A stretch of DNA of 62,200 bases, the filler included. It is 4 parts of 4 records of this genome, joined end to end, with 100 filler letters (N's around TTAATTAATTAA, not from the genome) between each part and the next. Parts side by side here need not be neighbours in the genome. Positions count along the whole stretch, not along the records: positions 28,815 to 51,467 come from SRR20825019_3110; 3 more parts are not named here. One strand, given 5' to 3'. This document shows, piece by piece, positions 39,518 to 48,703 of the stretch. How positions within the stretch are numbered: the first letter of the stretch is position 1; each line of letters starts with the position of its first letter. The notes under the pieces were generated by a model. The model saw nothing but the letters and a program-made list of their open reading frames with translations. It ran no database searches and was not told the DNA's origin. The translations under genes and the position numbers were made by a program.

Positions 39518-40296
39518 GGTGAAAAAGGTATTTCAATAATTAGAGTAGTTCCTATATTTTCGAGGCTATTTAAAGTAGAGAAACCACCTATAAGTTCCGT
39601 TCTTTTTTCAATGTTTTTAAGTCCGATTCCATTAGATTTAACCTTTTCGATATTAAAACCCTTGCCATCATCTTCAAGTTTTAGCACTATGTTAGTTTGT
39701 GCTTTATATAAGGAAACCTTTATGTTTCTACACGCAGCGTGTTTTATACTATTCTGAATAAATTCCTGTGTAATTCTAAATAGTACACTTTTTATTGCGT
39801 AACTGCCAGCTTCCACTTTATCTTTATGTTCAAAACTAACTTTAGCAACATTTAAATCATTAATTCTTACACACTCATTATTTATTAATACAGAAAGTGC
39901 ATTGTGGTCGATAGTATTTGAAGTTAGAGATTTGGATAATTCGCGTAAGTCTGACAAAGACTGGTTTATTATATCGCTAATATTCGTAATGTTTTGGTTT
40001 ATATGTGGTGCTTTATTTTCAAAAGCCAACTGTTGCATATAAAGACTTGCAAGCGTAAGTTTTTGCCCCACATTATCGTGAATTTCTCTTCCTATATGTC
40101 TCATGGTTTGCGATTGAATCTCCATTTCAGTTTCTAAAAGTTCCTTTTTGTGAATCTCGTCAATAGTATGAATTTCAGATAAATGTGCTTTCTTCTTAAT
40201 ACGATATTGGCGAACAAAAATGATTATTGCACTTAGGAATGCAATAAATATAATACTGAAAAGTATTAATGAAATTATAATTGTTGTTTTCCCCAT
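39514..40296 (-). CDS. Sensor histidine kinase (HisKA_3) with a single TM and no sensor domain
   Basis: One N-terminal TM; IGREIHDNVGQKL, FRITQEFIQNSIKHA, DDGKGF, GIGLKNI. Confidence 0.92.
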   Translation of the reverse strand: MGKTTIIISLILFSIIFIAFLSAIIIFVRQYRIKKKAHLSEIHTIDEIHKKELLETEMEIQSQTMRHIGREIHDNVGQKLTLASLYMQQLAFENKAPHINQNITNISDIINQSLSDLRELSKSLTSNTIDHNALSVLINNECVRINDLNVAKVSFEHKDKVEAGSYAIKSVLFRITQEFIQNSIKHAACRNIKVSLYKAQTNIVLKLEDDGKGFNIEKVKSNGIGLKNIEKRTELIGGFSTLNSLENIGTTLIIEIPFSP

Positions 40297-40922
40297 ATAA
40301 AAGATGCTCCAAATAGTAAATACATAATGCAGTTAGCTAATAAAAAATAGAGGTAATAAAAATCCCATATTATAGGATACTCTTCATAAAATAAATTTCC
40401 AAAAACATGAAAAGGAAAAGTTCCTAAGTAAAATAGTACGATTCCTATGTTTATATAAAACATTTTGTTTTCACGAAATTTTAGAATATCATCATTCTTA
40501 ATTTGTTTAATAAATTCTAAGATAATTAAAAGTGTAAGTATTAAAGTGCCAACTGTCATGCTTAAAGAAGTAGCTGATTTAATATCTACAAAATAAACTA
40601 TTAAGAAAATTGTGGCTAAAAAAATAATTGAGCAACTAAAGAATAATTTTTTATTCTGTAGCGATTTAAAAGCAATTAGCCAATACAAAAAAATATATTG
40701 AAGCGGTACACCAATGAAGAGATAATATTGATGAAAAGATATAAAATATGTAGTATTATTTCCAATCCAGAAATACTCTTGTAGAAAAATAAATATTAAG
40801 TAGATTGAAAACCATTTCCAATAACTATTTCTTAATTTATAAAAATAAAATACACCCATTAGGGCAGAAAAGAATTCTGCCCATAATAAAGCGTCATTTA
40901 ATATGAATTGTAACTCTTGCAT
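40275..40922 (-). CDS. Integral membrane protein (about 7 TM), unknown function
   Basis: 215 aa, strongly hydrophobic and aromatic-rich; overlaps the kinase start by 22 nt. Confidence 0.8.
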   Translation of the reverse strand: MQELQFILNDALLWAEFFSALMGVFYFYKLRNSYWKWFSIYLIFIFLQEYFWIGNNTTYFISFHQYYLFIGVPLQYIFLYWLIAFKSLQNKKLFFSCSIIFLATIFLIVYFVDIKSATSLSMTVGTLILTLLIILEFIKQIKNDDILKFRENKMFYINIGIVLFYLGTFPFHVFGNLFYEEYPIIWDFYYLYFLLANCIMYLLFGASFIWGKQQL

Positions 40923-40934
40923 TGTATAATACTA

Positions 40935-41642
40935 TTAAAAACCCAATCCAGATGAAACCCTTGGCGGATATAATCCTCCATGGTTTTGTGCGCCTGGTCT
41001 AGGGTCTCCAGAATCGTTGTTTGTTCCTCCAATTGCTGCAGTTTGTAGCGGATTACGGTAAATATATGCTTGAGAAGGATCCACACCCACAGCATCCTTT
41101 GGGTTTGTATAATCATAATCATTGATTGCTCCTAACCCCAGCTGGTAAGTATTAATATCTAATGGATTAAAATCAACTTCTTCTCCATTTATGCGTTTCG
41201 TTGGTATTATAACTAAAGTGTGATGCTTCTCATATCCTTTACCTGCCAAATCACCTAACTCAGGGTCGGTGGGAGATATTACCTCAGGATAACTAGCATA
41301 ATAAATACGTAGTCCTAAATCTTCAGTAGTAATTGTATTCTCGAGCTTTTTGGTATTGAATTCAAGATGGTATATAAATTTCTTAATTGTTTCTAAATCG
41401 AACCAAATAGACTCTGCATCTTTAATTAAAGGTTCTGATGTTTCAATATATCTAAGTTGTCTATCTCTATACTCATTTACTATTTCATGCACCAGTCCAG
41501 AACTTAAGGTATTCATTTCTAAATTAGAGTAACGCATACAAATTTGGTCGTCTGGAATAGAAACAGGTGGATATTTATAAACATACATTCCAAAAGCGAA
41601 TAAAACCACTGCTAAAGTCAAAGTTAAAAGTCTAGTTTTCAT
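40935..41642 (-). CDS. Exported or membrane-anchored hypothetical protein with C-terminal NHGGLYPP motif
   Basis: 235 aa; N-terminal hydrophobic segment; SIWFDLETIKKFI, GLRIYYASY, HTLVIIPT, NHGGLYPP; Bacteroidetes -7 promoter element TACTTTTG at 41691-41684. Confidence 0.8.
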   Translation of the reverse strand: MKTRLLTLTLAVVLFAFGMYVYKYPPVSIPDDQICMRYSNLEMNTLSSGLVHEIVNEYRDRQLRYIETSEPLIKDAESIWFDLETIKKFIYHLEFNTKKLENTITTEDLGLRIYYASYPEVISPTDPELGDLAGKGYEKHHTLVIIPTKRINGEEVDFNPLDINTYQLGLGAINDYDYTNPKDAVGVDPSQAYIYRNPLQTAAIGGTNNDSGDPRPGAQNHGGLYPPRVSSGLGF

Positions 41643-41843
41643 ATTGTTAAATTTAAATTGATTAAAGTTACTTTTTATTTTGTCAAAAGTAAGCTGTCAT
41701 CCCATTTTTATCTACCGCACTGAAACCTAAATACATAGGGTTAAAAAACCTTTTTTATTTCCGTTGAACCTACTTCTCTATTTAAGTGAATCGCTCATAG
41801 ACTGAACCTGAGTGTTTTATGAGATTTGTAAAGCAAAAAACAG

Positions 41844-41873
41844 GGAAGCCGAAAACTGTATTATAGAGTAGGT
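41844..41873 (+). promoter_or_regulatory. Candidate structured cis-regulatory leader, copy 1
   Basis: GGAAGCCGAAAACTGTATTATAGAGTAGGT, 22 nt before the vWA ATG; near-identical to 43160-43193. Confidence 0.65.
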
Positions 41874-41895
41874 AAAATATTAAATATTAGAAATT

Positions 41896-43143
41896 ATGGG
41901 GAAACAACGGAAAAAAGTCGAAAATAAAAAGGCTGCCGAAATTTCAAAATCAATTATGGTTAAGAAAGATATAGAAAAAGAAAACTATAAAGAGTGGACT
42001 GAAAAAACTAATGCTATCCTTGATGAGTTATCAGCATCAAAAGTAAACACTTTATCACATTGTGATGAAGATGAAAAAGGTTGTGGGTGTGGAGGCCATG
42101 GCGACTCAACAACCAGTGGAACAAAGACAGATTTAATTGTTTTGATTGACACAAGTGGATCAATGGGTTCTTCTGCTAAAGCGGTTTCTGATGCGGTTTC
42201 GATTGCAATTGAAAAGGCTAAAGCTGCTTGTGATCCCGATCTCGAAATTACTTTTTTAGGGGTTGATGGAATATGGGCAGGAACTGCTTTTACAAAAAGT
42301 CATCGCAGTTATATTACAGGAATACATGGATCCGTATCATTGGCAGCAGACAGACCACCTTCAGGATATAAACAAGAACAAGGTGCAAATGCTATTGAAG
42401 ATTTATCAAAATACGCTAAATGGAGAAAAGATGCCTGTAGAGCAATCTTTTATATAAGTGATGAGGAATTGGATGGAAGTAGTCCGAGAAATGATTTTGC
42501 TAATGAAGCAGCTGAAACCAATGCTGCAATTGCAGAAGCAAATACAAATAATGTTACAGTTTTTGCGCATCATTTAACATATCAAAATTTACATGCAAAT
42601 ATTTTAGAGAATTATAAAGATCTATGCCATAAAACTGGAGGGGAAGTATATTTCAGTAGTGCTCCAAATAAGGAAGAGTATATCAATCTTTTAAAAGAAG
42701 TTATATGTAACGCTTGTGGAATTGATAGATGCAAAGAAGTAGATATGACAGAAATTCAACCTTGCATCTCGATAAAATGGGGCGATAGTGATTGTGACTG
42801 CGTTGAATCATCGGACTATGAAGTCATGACAATTACTGTATGTAACTGTTTCACAAACTTAAAATTTTCAAACTTTAAAATTTCTATGATTGAGGTTTTG
42901 AACGAAAATGGTAAACCTGTCCCTACTTTACCTAATGGCACTCCATCTGTAAAACTCCATCCTATCGGAGTATATTGTTTTGGAGATATTGAGCCTTGTT
43001 CATGTGTTTCAAGAGAATTTGTACTTATTAATGAAGGTGCAAAAGAAGGCAAGTATCAAATAAAACTTAATGGTGTTTGCTACGGTATTAATAAACTGGA
43101 AGAGACAGAAGAATGCTTCTCATTTACAATATGTAAAGATTAA
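41896..43143 (+). CDS. vWA-domain protein with Cys-rich C-terminal domain
   Basis: DLIVLIDTSGSMG MIDAS motif, AIFYISDE; 20 Cys in total; no signal peptide. Confidence 0.85.
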   Translation: MGKQRKKVENKKAAEISKSIMVKKDIEKENYKEWTEKTNAILDELSASKVNTLSHCDEDEKGCGCGGHGDSTTSGTKTDLIVLIDTSGSMGSSAKAVSDAVSIAIEKAKAACDPDLEITFLGVDGIWAGTAFTKSHRSYITGIHGSVSLAADRPPSGYKQEQGANAIEDLSKYAKWRKDACRAIFYISDEELDGSSPRNDFANEAAETNAAIAEANTNNVTVFAHHLTYQNLHANILENYKDLCHKTGGEVYFSSAPNKEEYINLLKEVICNACGIDRCKEVDMTEIQPCISIKWGDSDCDCVESSDYEVMTITVCNCFTNLKFSNFKISMIEVLNENGKPVPTLPNGTPSVKLHPIGVYCFGDIEPCSCVSREFVLINEGAKEGKYQIKLNGVCYGINKLEETEECFSFTICKD

Positions 43144-43159
43144 GCTTTTTAAAAAAGGA

Positions 43160-43193
43160 GGAAGCCGAAAATCCTGTATTAAATAGAGTAGGC
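43160..43193 (+). promoter_or_regulatory. Candidate structured cis-regulatory leader, copy 2
   Basis: GGAAGCCGAAAATCCTGTATTAAATAGAGTAGGC, 23 nt before the next ATG. Confidence 0.65.
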
Positions 43194-43216
43194 ATTTTTT
43201 TAAATATATAGAAATT

Positions 43217-44032
43217 ATGACAAGTTCAGAAGAAGCAATGGAAAGAGCTGGTGATGTTCAAAACTTAGGTTTTGTAGAATTCACTTCCGATTTAGTACGA
43301 AATGTATACAAGGTAATAACAGATTCAGCATTAGATCAATTAAAAGCGTATGGTGAATTAGTTCAAACTGTTTCAAAACCATTAATTGAATATCAAAAAG
43401 AAGTAACAGGGATTACATTTAATGACTCAGAAATGCTGACAACTAGTGGAAATGAAACCCAACTTAATAATTATATAAATGAAGTCTTGGGATTAAGTAC
43501 AGATACTGATGAAATTTCTCTTGATAGTTCTCAGACAAATGTTTTAACTGAACAATTTTCAGGTGTTAAAATTAAGGATGGAACCACTAGTAAAGAAATC
43601 AATGAATCAATTGACACTGATAAAATTACAAAAACGGACTTGCAAAAATTTGTTTATCAAAAATTAGCAGAAACCACTAAGGAAAGCTACTCTATGCTAG
43701 TTACAATTCTAAAATTAGGAATGCAGAAAGTTGAAGTTGTGGATGGACAAATACATACCAAACTTGTTTTTCATGTAGACTCAACAAATCAACGTTCTTC
43801 GGAAATGAATGATGTAGAATCAAGAGCCAGTAATTGGGGTGTATCTGGTTCTGCATCGGCGAGATGGGGTTGGGGAAGAGCAAATGTAAGCGGACACTAT
43901 AATTCTAGTGCTGTAAAAGTTCGTGTAGTCAATGAAAAATCATCTTCAGCAGTAAATCTTAAAACAGATATAATAGGAAGTGTGACCATTAATTTTAGAA
44001 GCGGCTCATTTCCTTCAATAGACGCAAATTAA
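43217..44032 (+). CDS. Hypothetical protein (helical N-half, Ser/Gly-rich beta C-half)
   Basis: 271-aa ORF in AT-rich DNA with typical Flavobacterial AT-rich initiation region. Confidence 0.8.
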   Translation: MTSSEEAMERAGDVQNLGFVEFTSDLVRNVYKVITDSALDQLKAYGELVQTVSKPLIEYQKEVTGITFNDSEMLTTSGNETQLNNYINEVLGLSTDTDEISLDSSQTNVLTEQFSGVKIKDGTTSKEINESIDTDKITKTDLQKFVYQKLAETTKESYSMLVTILKLGMQKVEVVDGQIHTKLVFHVDSTNQRSSEMNDVESRASNWGVSGSASARWGWGRANVSGHYNSSAVKVRVVNEKSSSAVNLKTDIIGSVTINFRSGSFPSIDAN

Positions 44033-44037
44033 TTATC

Positions 44038-44517
44038 ATGGAACTATCTAATTTTATTTCAATGGTTCAGTATGAAATACTGAAAAGTTTTGATTTTGCA
44101 TCTATAATGCAAGACGATTTGCAGAATGATTTGGACACAAAAATTCAATTAGCAATAGAGGCAGCAGAAATTGAAATTCCCTTAATATTTGAAATGGAGA
44201 GAAAAAGTGTTAATCCTTCTGATATTAAGTCTAAATATCCAGCAAAAACTTCATTAGAAGTACCTTTTAATACTAACTTGGAAAAAATTAAAATTGGCAG
44301 TAAAAATGTTATTTTAAACCCTATTTCTAAGGAATTGGATAAACCACAAAAAACCGCCAAGTTAGTCAAACTAGAAGAAAATACTCCAGATGAAAGTAGT
44401 ATTGAAGGAGATATAATTTTAGTTAAAATAGCTAATACTAACAGTAAAAAGGATTCAAATTTTGATGCAAGTTTGGTTGGGAAAATTAAATTAACCATAA
44501 AACCAATTTTAAAATAG
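44038..44517 (+). CDS. Hypothetical protein
   Basis: 159-aa ORF 5 nt after the previous stop, followed by a terminator. Confidence 0.75.
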   Translation: MELSNFISMVQYEILKSFDFASIMQDDLQNDLDTKIQLAIEAAEIEIPLIFEMERKSVNPSDIKSKYPAKTSLEVPFNTNLEKIKIGSKNVILNPISKELDKPQKTAKLVKLEENTPDESSIEGDIILVKIANTNSKKDSNFDASLVGKIKLTIKPILK

Positions 44518-44556
44518 AGCCCAAGAATAAAATAAAAAAGCAGTTCTATATTACTT

Positions 44557-44591
44557 AGCCCTCATACCTGTTTATATCTATGAGGGCTTTT
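44557..44591 (+). terminator. Intrinsic terminator between the vWA operon and convergent comM
   Basis: AGCCCTCATA-N12-TATGAGGGCT followed by TTT. Confidence 0.75.
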
Positions 44592-44625
44592 CATTCTTTA
44601 TGATAATACATCTTGGAAAATCACA

Positions 44626-46167
44626 TCACCCAAACCATCCATCCCTATCTAAACTTCTATATTGAATGGCTTCCGCAATGTGAGTGCCATTTATTGTTTT
44701 AGAAACTTCTAAATCGGCGATGGTTCTAGATACTTTCAAAATACGATCATAAGCACGGGCGGAAAGATTTAAGCGCTCCATTGCGGTTTTTAATAGTTGT
44801 AGGGAAGTTTCGTCAAGCTTGCAAAATTCACGAATCTGCTTCACTCCCATTTGGGCATTGTAATGCACATTTTCAAACATTAAAAAACGTTCGGATTGAA
44901 TTTTACGAGCTTTGGTAACACGCTCACGAATAATAATGCTAGATTCTCCACGGCGTTCTTCGCTAAGTTTTTCAAAAGGCACGGGTGTTACTTCTATATG
45001 AATATCGATTCGATCCAATAACGGACCTGAAATCTTGCTTAAATAACGTTGCATTTCTGCAGGTGAAGACATTACCGGTGCATTTGGATCGTTAAAATAA
45101 CCCCCAGGACTAGGGTTCATACTAGCCACCAACATAAAACTTGAAGGATAGGTAACCGTAAATTTTGCACGCGAAATGGTTACATCTCTATCTTCAAGCG
45201 GTTGGCGCAATACTTCCAAAACACCACGTTTAAACTCAGGCAACTCATCTAAAAATAAAACACCATTATGTGCCAAACTGATTTCACCAGGCTGCGGATA
45301 TTGCCCTCCACCAACAAGCGCCACGTCACTAATAGTATGGTGCGGACTTCTAAAAGGTCTTGAAGTCATCACTCCACTACGCTGCATAGTACGCCCAGCC
45401 ACACTATGAATTTTGGTGGTTTCAAGACTCTCTTGCAGTGTCATTGGTGGCAAAATACTTGGCAAACGCTTTGCGAGCATCGTTTTTCCTGAACCAGGTG
45501 GACCTATTAAAATAATATTATGACCGCCAGCTGCTGCAATTTCCATACAGCGTTTTATGGATTCTTGGCCTTTTACATCTGCAAAATCAAATTCTGGATG
45601 CTCTAGATGGTTGTAGAATTCGGCTTCCATATCTACTTCGGTTTGTTCTAGCGGACTGTTTTCATTGAAAAAATCGATCACTTCTTTTATGTTATCAATT
45701 CCAAAAACATCAATTCCTTCAACAATAGCTGCTTCTTTTGCATTTTGCTTCGGAAGTATAAATCCTTTAAAACCTTCTTCTTTTGCCTTTATAGAAATTG
45801 ATAATGCACCACGAATAGGCTGCAGATTGCCATCTAAAGACAATTCGCCCATAATAATGTACTCTGAAAGTGGGTTTTGTTCTTCAATCTGACCCGTAGC
45901 CACAAGGATTCCCATTGCCAAAGTAAGATCGTATGCAGAGCCTTCTTTCCGAAGGTCGGCAGGAGACATATTGAGAATCAGTTTCTTCCCAGGAATTTTG
46001 TATCCGTTGTTTTGCAGGGCAGCGGCTATGCGGAAATTACTTTCGCGAATAGCGTTATCGGGCAGACCAACCAGGTGATACCCGATACCATTATCAACAT
46101 TCACTTCAACAGTAATTGTTGTGGCTTCTACCCCAAATACAGCACTTCCATAAACTTTTGTAAGCAT
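44626..46167 (-). CDS. comM: YifB/ComM family Mg-chelatase-like AAA+ ATPase
   Basis: VGLPDNAIRES, GPPGSGKTMLA, PFRSPHHT, GEISLAHNGVLFLDELPEF, ISGPLLDRIDI, LSARAYDR. Confidence 0.93.
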   Translation of the reverse strand: MLTKVYGSAVFGVEATTITVEVNVDNGIGYHLVGLPDNAIRESNFRIAAALQNNGYKIPGKKLILNMSPADLRKEGSAYDLTLAMGILVATGQIEEQNPLSEYIIMGELSLDGNLQPIRGALSISIKAKEEGFKGFILPKQNAKEAAIVEGIDVFGIDNIKEVIDFFNENSPLEQTEVDMEAEFYNHLEHPEFDFADVKGQESIKRCMEIAAAGGHNIILIGPPGSGKTMLAKRLPSILPPMTLQESLETTKIHSVAGRTMQRSGVMTSRPFRSPHHTISDVALVGGGQYPQPGEISLAHNGVLFLDELPEFKRGVLEVLRQPLEDRDVTISRAKFTVTYPSSFMLVASMNPSPGGYFNDPNAPVMSSPAEMQRYLSKISGPLLDRIDIHIEVTPVPFEKLSEERRGESSIIIRERVTKARKIQSERFLMFENVHYNAQMGVKQIREFCKLDETSLQLLKTAMERLNLSARAYDRILKVSRTIADLEVSKTINGTHIAEAIQYRSLDRDGWFG

Positions 46168-46251
46168 GGTTCGTTTTATATAAATGGGGAGATTAAATAG
46201 GAAAGGTACTGAAATACTCGATACTAATCACTTAAAATCTTATGTTTAGCG

Positions 46252-47820
46252 TCAATTTTCTAAATATTTATTCAATAAATTTTCGTTCAACTTAGACTTA
46301 AGTTGTAATGATTTCTTTTCTTCAATCACTTCCAAGATATCTTTTGCAACAACTTTACCCAATTCCACGCCCCATTGATCATAACTGAAAATATTCCAAA
46401 TAATACCTTGGACGAAGAGTTTGTGCTCGTATAGGGCTATCAAGCTTCCAAGATTTTTGGGGGTTAATTTTTTTATTAAAATTGTGTTTGTGGGTTTGTT
46501 TCCTTCAAAGAATTTATAAGGGTTTTCTATATTTTCACCGTATGTTCCTTTCCAAAGTGATTCCGTTTGGGCAAAAAAGTTTGCCATTAAAATATTGTGA
46601 TTTTCAGTATTTCCATGAAGAGATTCACTAAAACCTATAAAATCGGTTGGAATTATCTTTGTTCCTTGATGCATCAATTGAAAATAGGCATGTTGCGAAT
46701 TACTTCCCACATTTCCCCATACTATTGTACCGGTTTGATAGCTTATTTTCTCACCATTTCTATCAACATTTTTTCCGTTACTTTCCATAATAGCCTGTTG
46801 TAAATACGGAATTAGTTTATTAAGATATTGTGAATATGCAACAACAGCTTCACTCTCAGCTTTAAAAAAATTATTATACCAAATGGAAAGTAATGCAAGT
46901 ATTACGGGGATGTTTTTATCAAAATTAGTGTTTCGGAAATGTTTATCCATTTCGAAAGCACCTTTTAGCATTTTTTCAAAATTATCAAAACCAACAGCAC
47001 AGCAAATAGAAAGCCCAACAGAACTCCAAAGTGAAAACCTACCTCCTACCCAATCTTTCATCGGGAAAATGTTTTCTTTGGAAATACCAAAATCTATCGC
47101 CCCACTTTCATTTGAAGCTACTGCTACAAAATGTTTTTGAATATCCTTTTCTCCAGTTTTTTGAAGAAACCAATTTCTAATAAACGAAGCATTTGTAATG
47201 GTTTCCTGAGTTGTAAAACTTTTAGATACAATTATAAAAAGTGTCGTTTCAGGATTTAAACCCTTTAAAGTTTCTTGAACATGATCTCCATCAATATTTG
47301 CAACAAAATGAATTTTTAAATGATTTCTGTAATATTGAAGTGCTTCTACAACCATATCTGGTCCCAAATGACTTCCCCCAATACCAATGTTTACAACATC
47401 TGTAATTGCTTTTCCAGAAAATCCTTTATGAGAGCCACTGCTAATTTTTTCGGAAAAAATCTTCATTCTCTGAAGTGTGGTTTTCACCTCAGGTTTCATA
47501 TTTTCGAAATCACGCAACGCAGTGTGTAGCACAGCTCTGCTTTCTGTTTCATTTATTTTTTCTCCAGCAAATTGCTGCTTAATTGCTTCATCTAATTTTA
47601 CTTCTTCAGCAAGTTTTAATAATGACGAAATGGTTTTGTCTGTAACTCGGTTTTTTGAATAGTCCAAATAAAAATCCTGCCACGCAATACTCAAACGATT
47701 CGCTCGGTCTGGATCTTCTAAAAAAATATCCTGCATCTTTTGAGCTTTGATTTCTTGAAAATGAGTTTCAAGTGCTTTCCAAGCTTCGGTTTTTGTAGGA
47801 TTAATTGAAGGTAAAGACAT
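46252..47820 (-). CDS. pgi: Glucose-6-phosphate isomerase
   Basis: RAVLHTALR, NIGIGGS.LGP, SKSFTTQET, DWVGGRFSLWS, MESNGK, DQWGVELGK. Confidence 0.97.
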   Translation of the reverse strand: MSLPSINPTKTEAWKALETHFQEIKAQKMQDIFLEDPDRANRLSIAWQDFYLDYSKNRVTDKTISSLLKLAEEVKLDEAIKQQFAGEKINETESRAVLHTALRDFENMKPEVKTTLQRMKIFSEKISSGSHKGFSGKAITDVVNIGIGGSHLGPDMVVEALQYYRNHLKIHFVANIDGDHVQETLKGLNPETTLFIIVSKSFTTQETITNASFIRNWFLQKTGEKDIQKHFVAVASNESGAIDFGISKENIFPMKDWVGGRFSLWSSVGLSICCAVGFDNFEKMLKGAFEMDKHFRNTNFDKNIPVILALLSIWYNNFFKAESEAVVAYSQYLNKLIPYLQQAIMESNGKNVDRNGEKISYQTGTIVWGNVGSNSQHAYFQLMHQGTKIIPTDFIGFSESLHGNTENHNILMANFFAQTESLWKGTYGENIENPYKFFEGNKPTNTILIKKLTPKNLGSLIALYEHKLFVQGIIWNIFSYDQWGVELGKVVAKDILEVIEEKKSLQLKSKLNENLLNKYLEN

Positions 47821-47842
47821 TTTTAGATTTACGATTTTAAAA

Positions 47843-48700
47843 TTAAGATTTGGAATTTAATTTTTTATAATATTCAATAAGCCCATCAATAGGTCGTTGA
47901 ACTATTCTCCCCAGTTGTAAGTTATTTTCAATTAAACATTCTTGTATTATTTCTTCTGAAAAATGTGCTATTGAGCCAATAAAATGAACTGGAACTTGAT
48001 GTGCTTTTTCATAACAAAGAACCCTACATTTAATAAAAGTTGAAATCCCTTCTTTTATGAGGGCGTAAAAATATGGGTTTATTTTTTCTTGAGTAAATAT
48101 GAATTGCGCAAATGATGCTAAATATGCATTCGGATTTGGTTTTTTGTATAAATTCGTTTTAATTTCATCGGCTTCCAAGTTGAAAGATTTTTGAAATTCT
48201 AAAGCAATTTCTGGAGGCATTTTACAGTAATAAAAATCGCGAAGCAATCTTTTTCCGAAGTAATTACCACTGGCTTCATCCATTAAAATATAGCCCAAAG
48301 ATGGAATTGGCGTATGTATTTTGGTTCCATCAAAATAGCAACTATTACTCCCAGTACCCAAGATGCACACAATTCCTGGAGTGGCGGTAACAGCATAAAC
48401 TGCTGCTTCCAAATCTTCAAAAACACCAATTTTAGCATTTGGGAAAAGTGCTTCCAAAACTTCTTTCAAAATGTTTCGAGGCGTTTCAGTGCCACATCCA
48501 GCTCCATAAAAATCTAATAATTCAACTTCCTGAAAAACACCTTTCAATTTTTCATTTGAAGCAATACGAAAAATTAATTCCTCCTTCGGAACTACTGTCG
48601 GATTCAAACCCGAAGTAGTAGTTTTAAAAACAATAGTGCCCGAAGAATCCAACAATACCCAATCACATTTGGTGGAACCGCCATCGGTTAGTAGAATCAT
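47843..48700 (-). CDS. BadF/N-acetylglucosamine kinase-like ASKHA protein
   Basis: DGGSTKCDW, FYGAGCG, CILGTGSNSC, LGYILMDEASG. Confidence 0.87.
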   Translation of the reverse strand: MILLTDGGSTKCDWVLLDSSGTIVFKTTTSGLNPTVVPKEELIFRIASNEKLKGVFQEVELLDFYGAGCGTETPRNILKEVLEALFPNAKIGVFEDLEAAVYAVTATPGIVCILGTGSNSCYFDGTKIHTPIPSLGYILMDEASGNYFGKRLLRDFYYCKMPPEIALEFQKSFNLEADEIKTNLYKKPNPNAYLASFAQFIFTQEKINPYFYALIKEGISTFIKCRVLCYEKAHQVPVHFIGSIAHFSEEIIQECLIENNLQLGRIVQRPIDGLIEYYKKLNSKS

Positions 48701-48703
48701 ATT

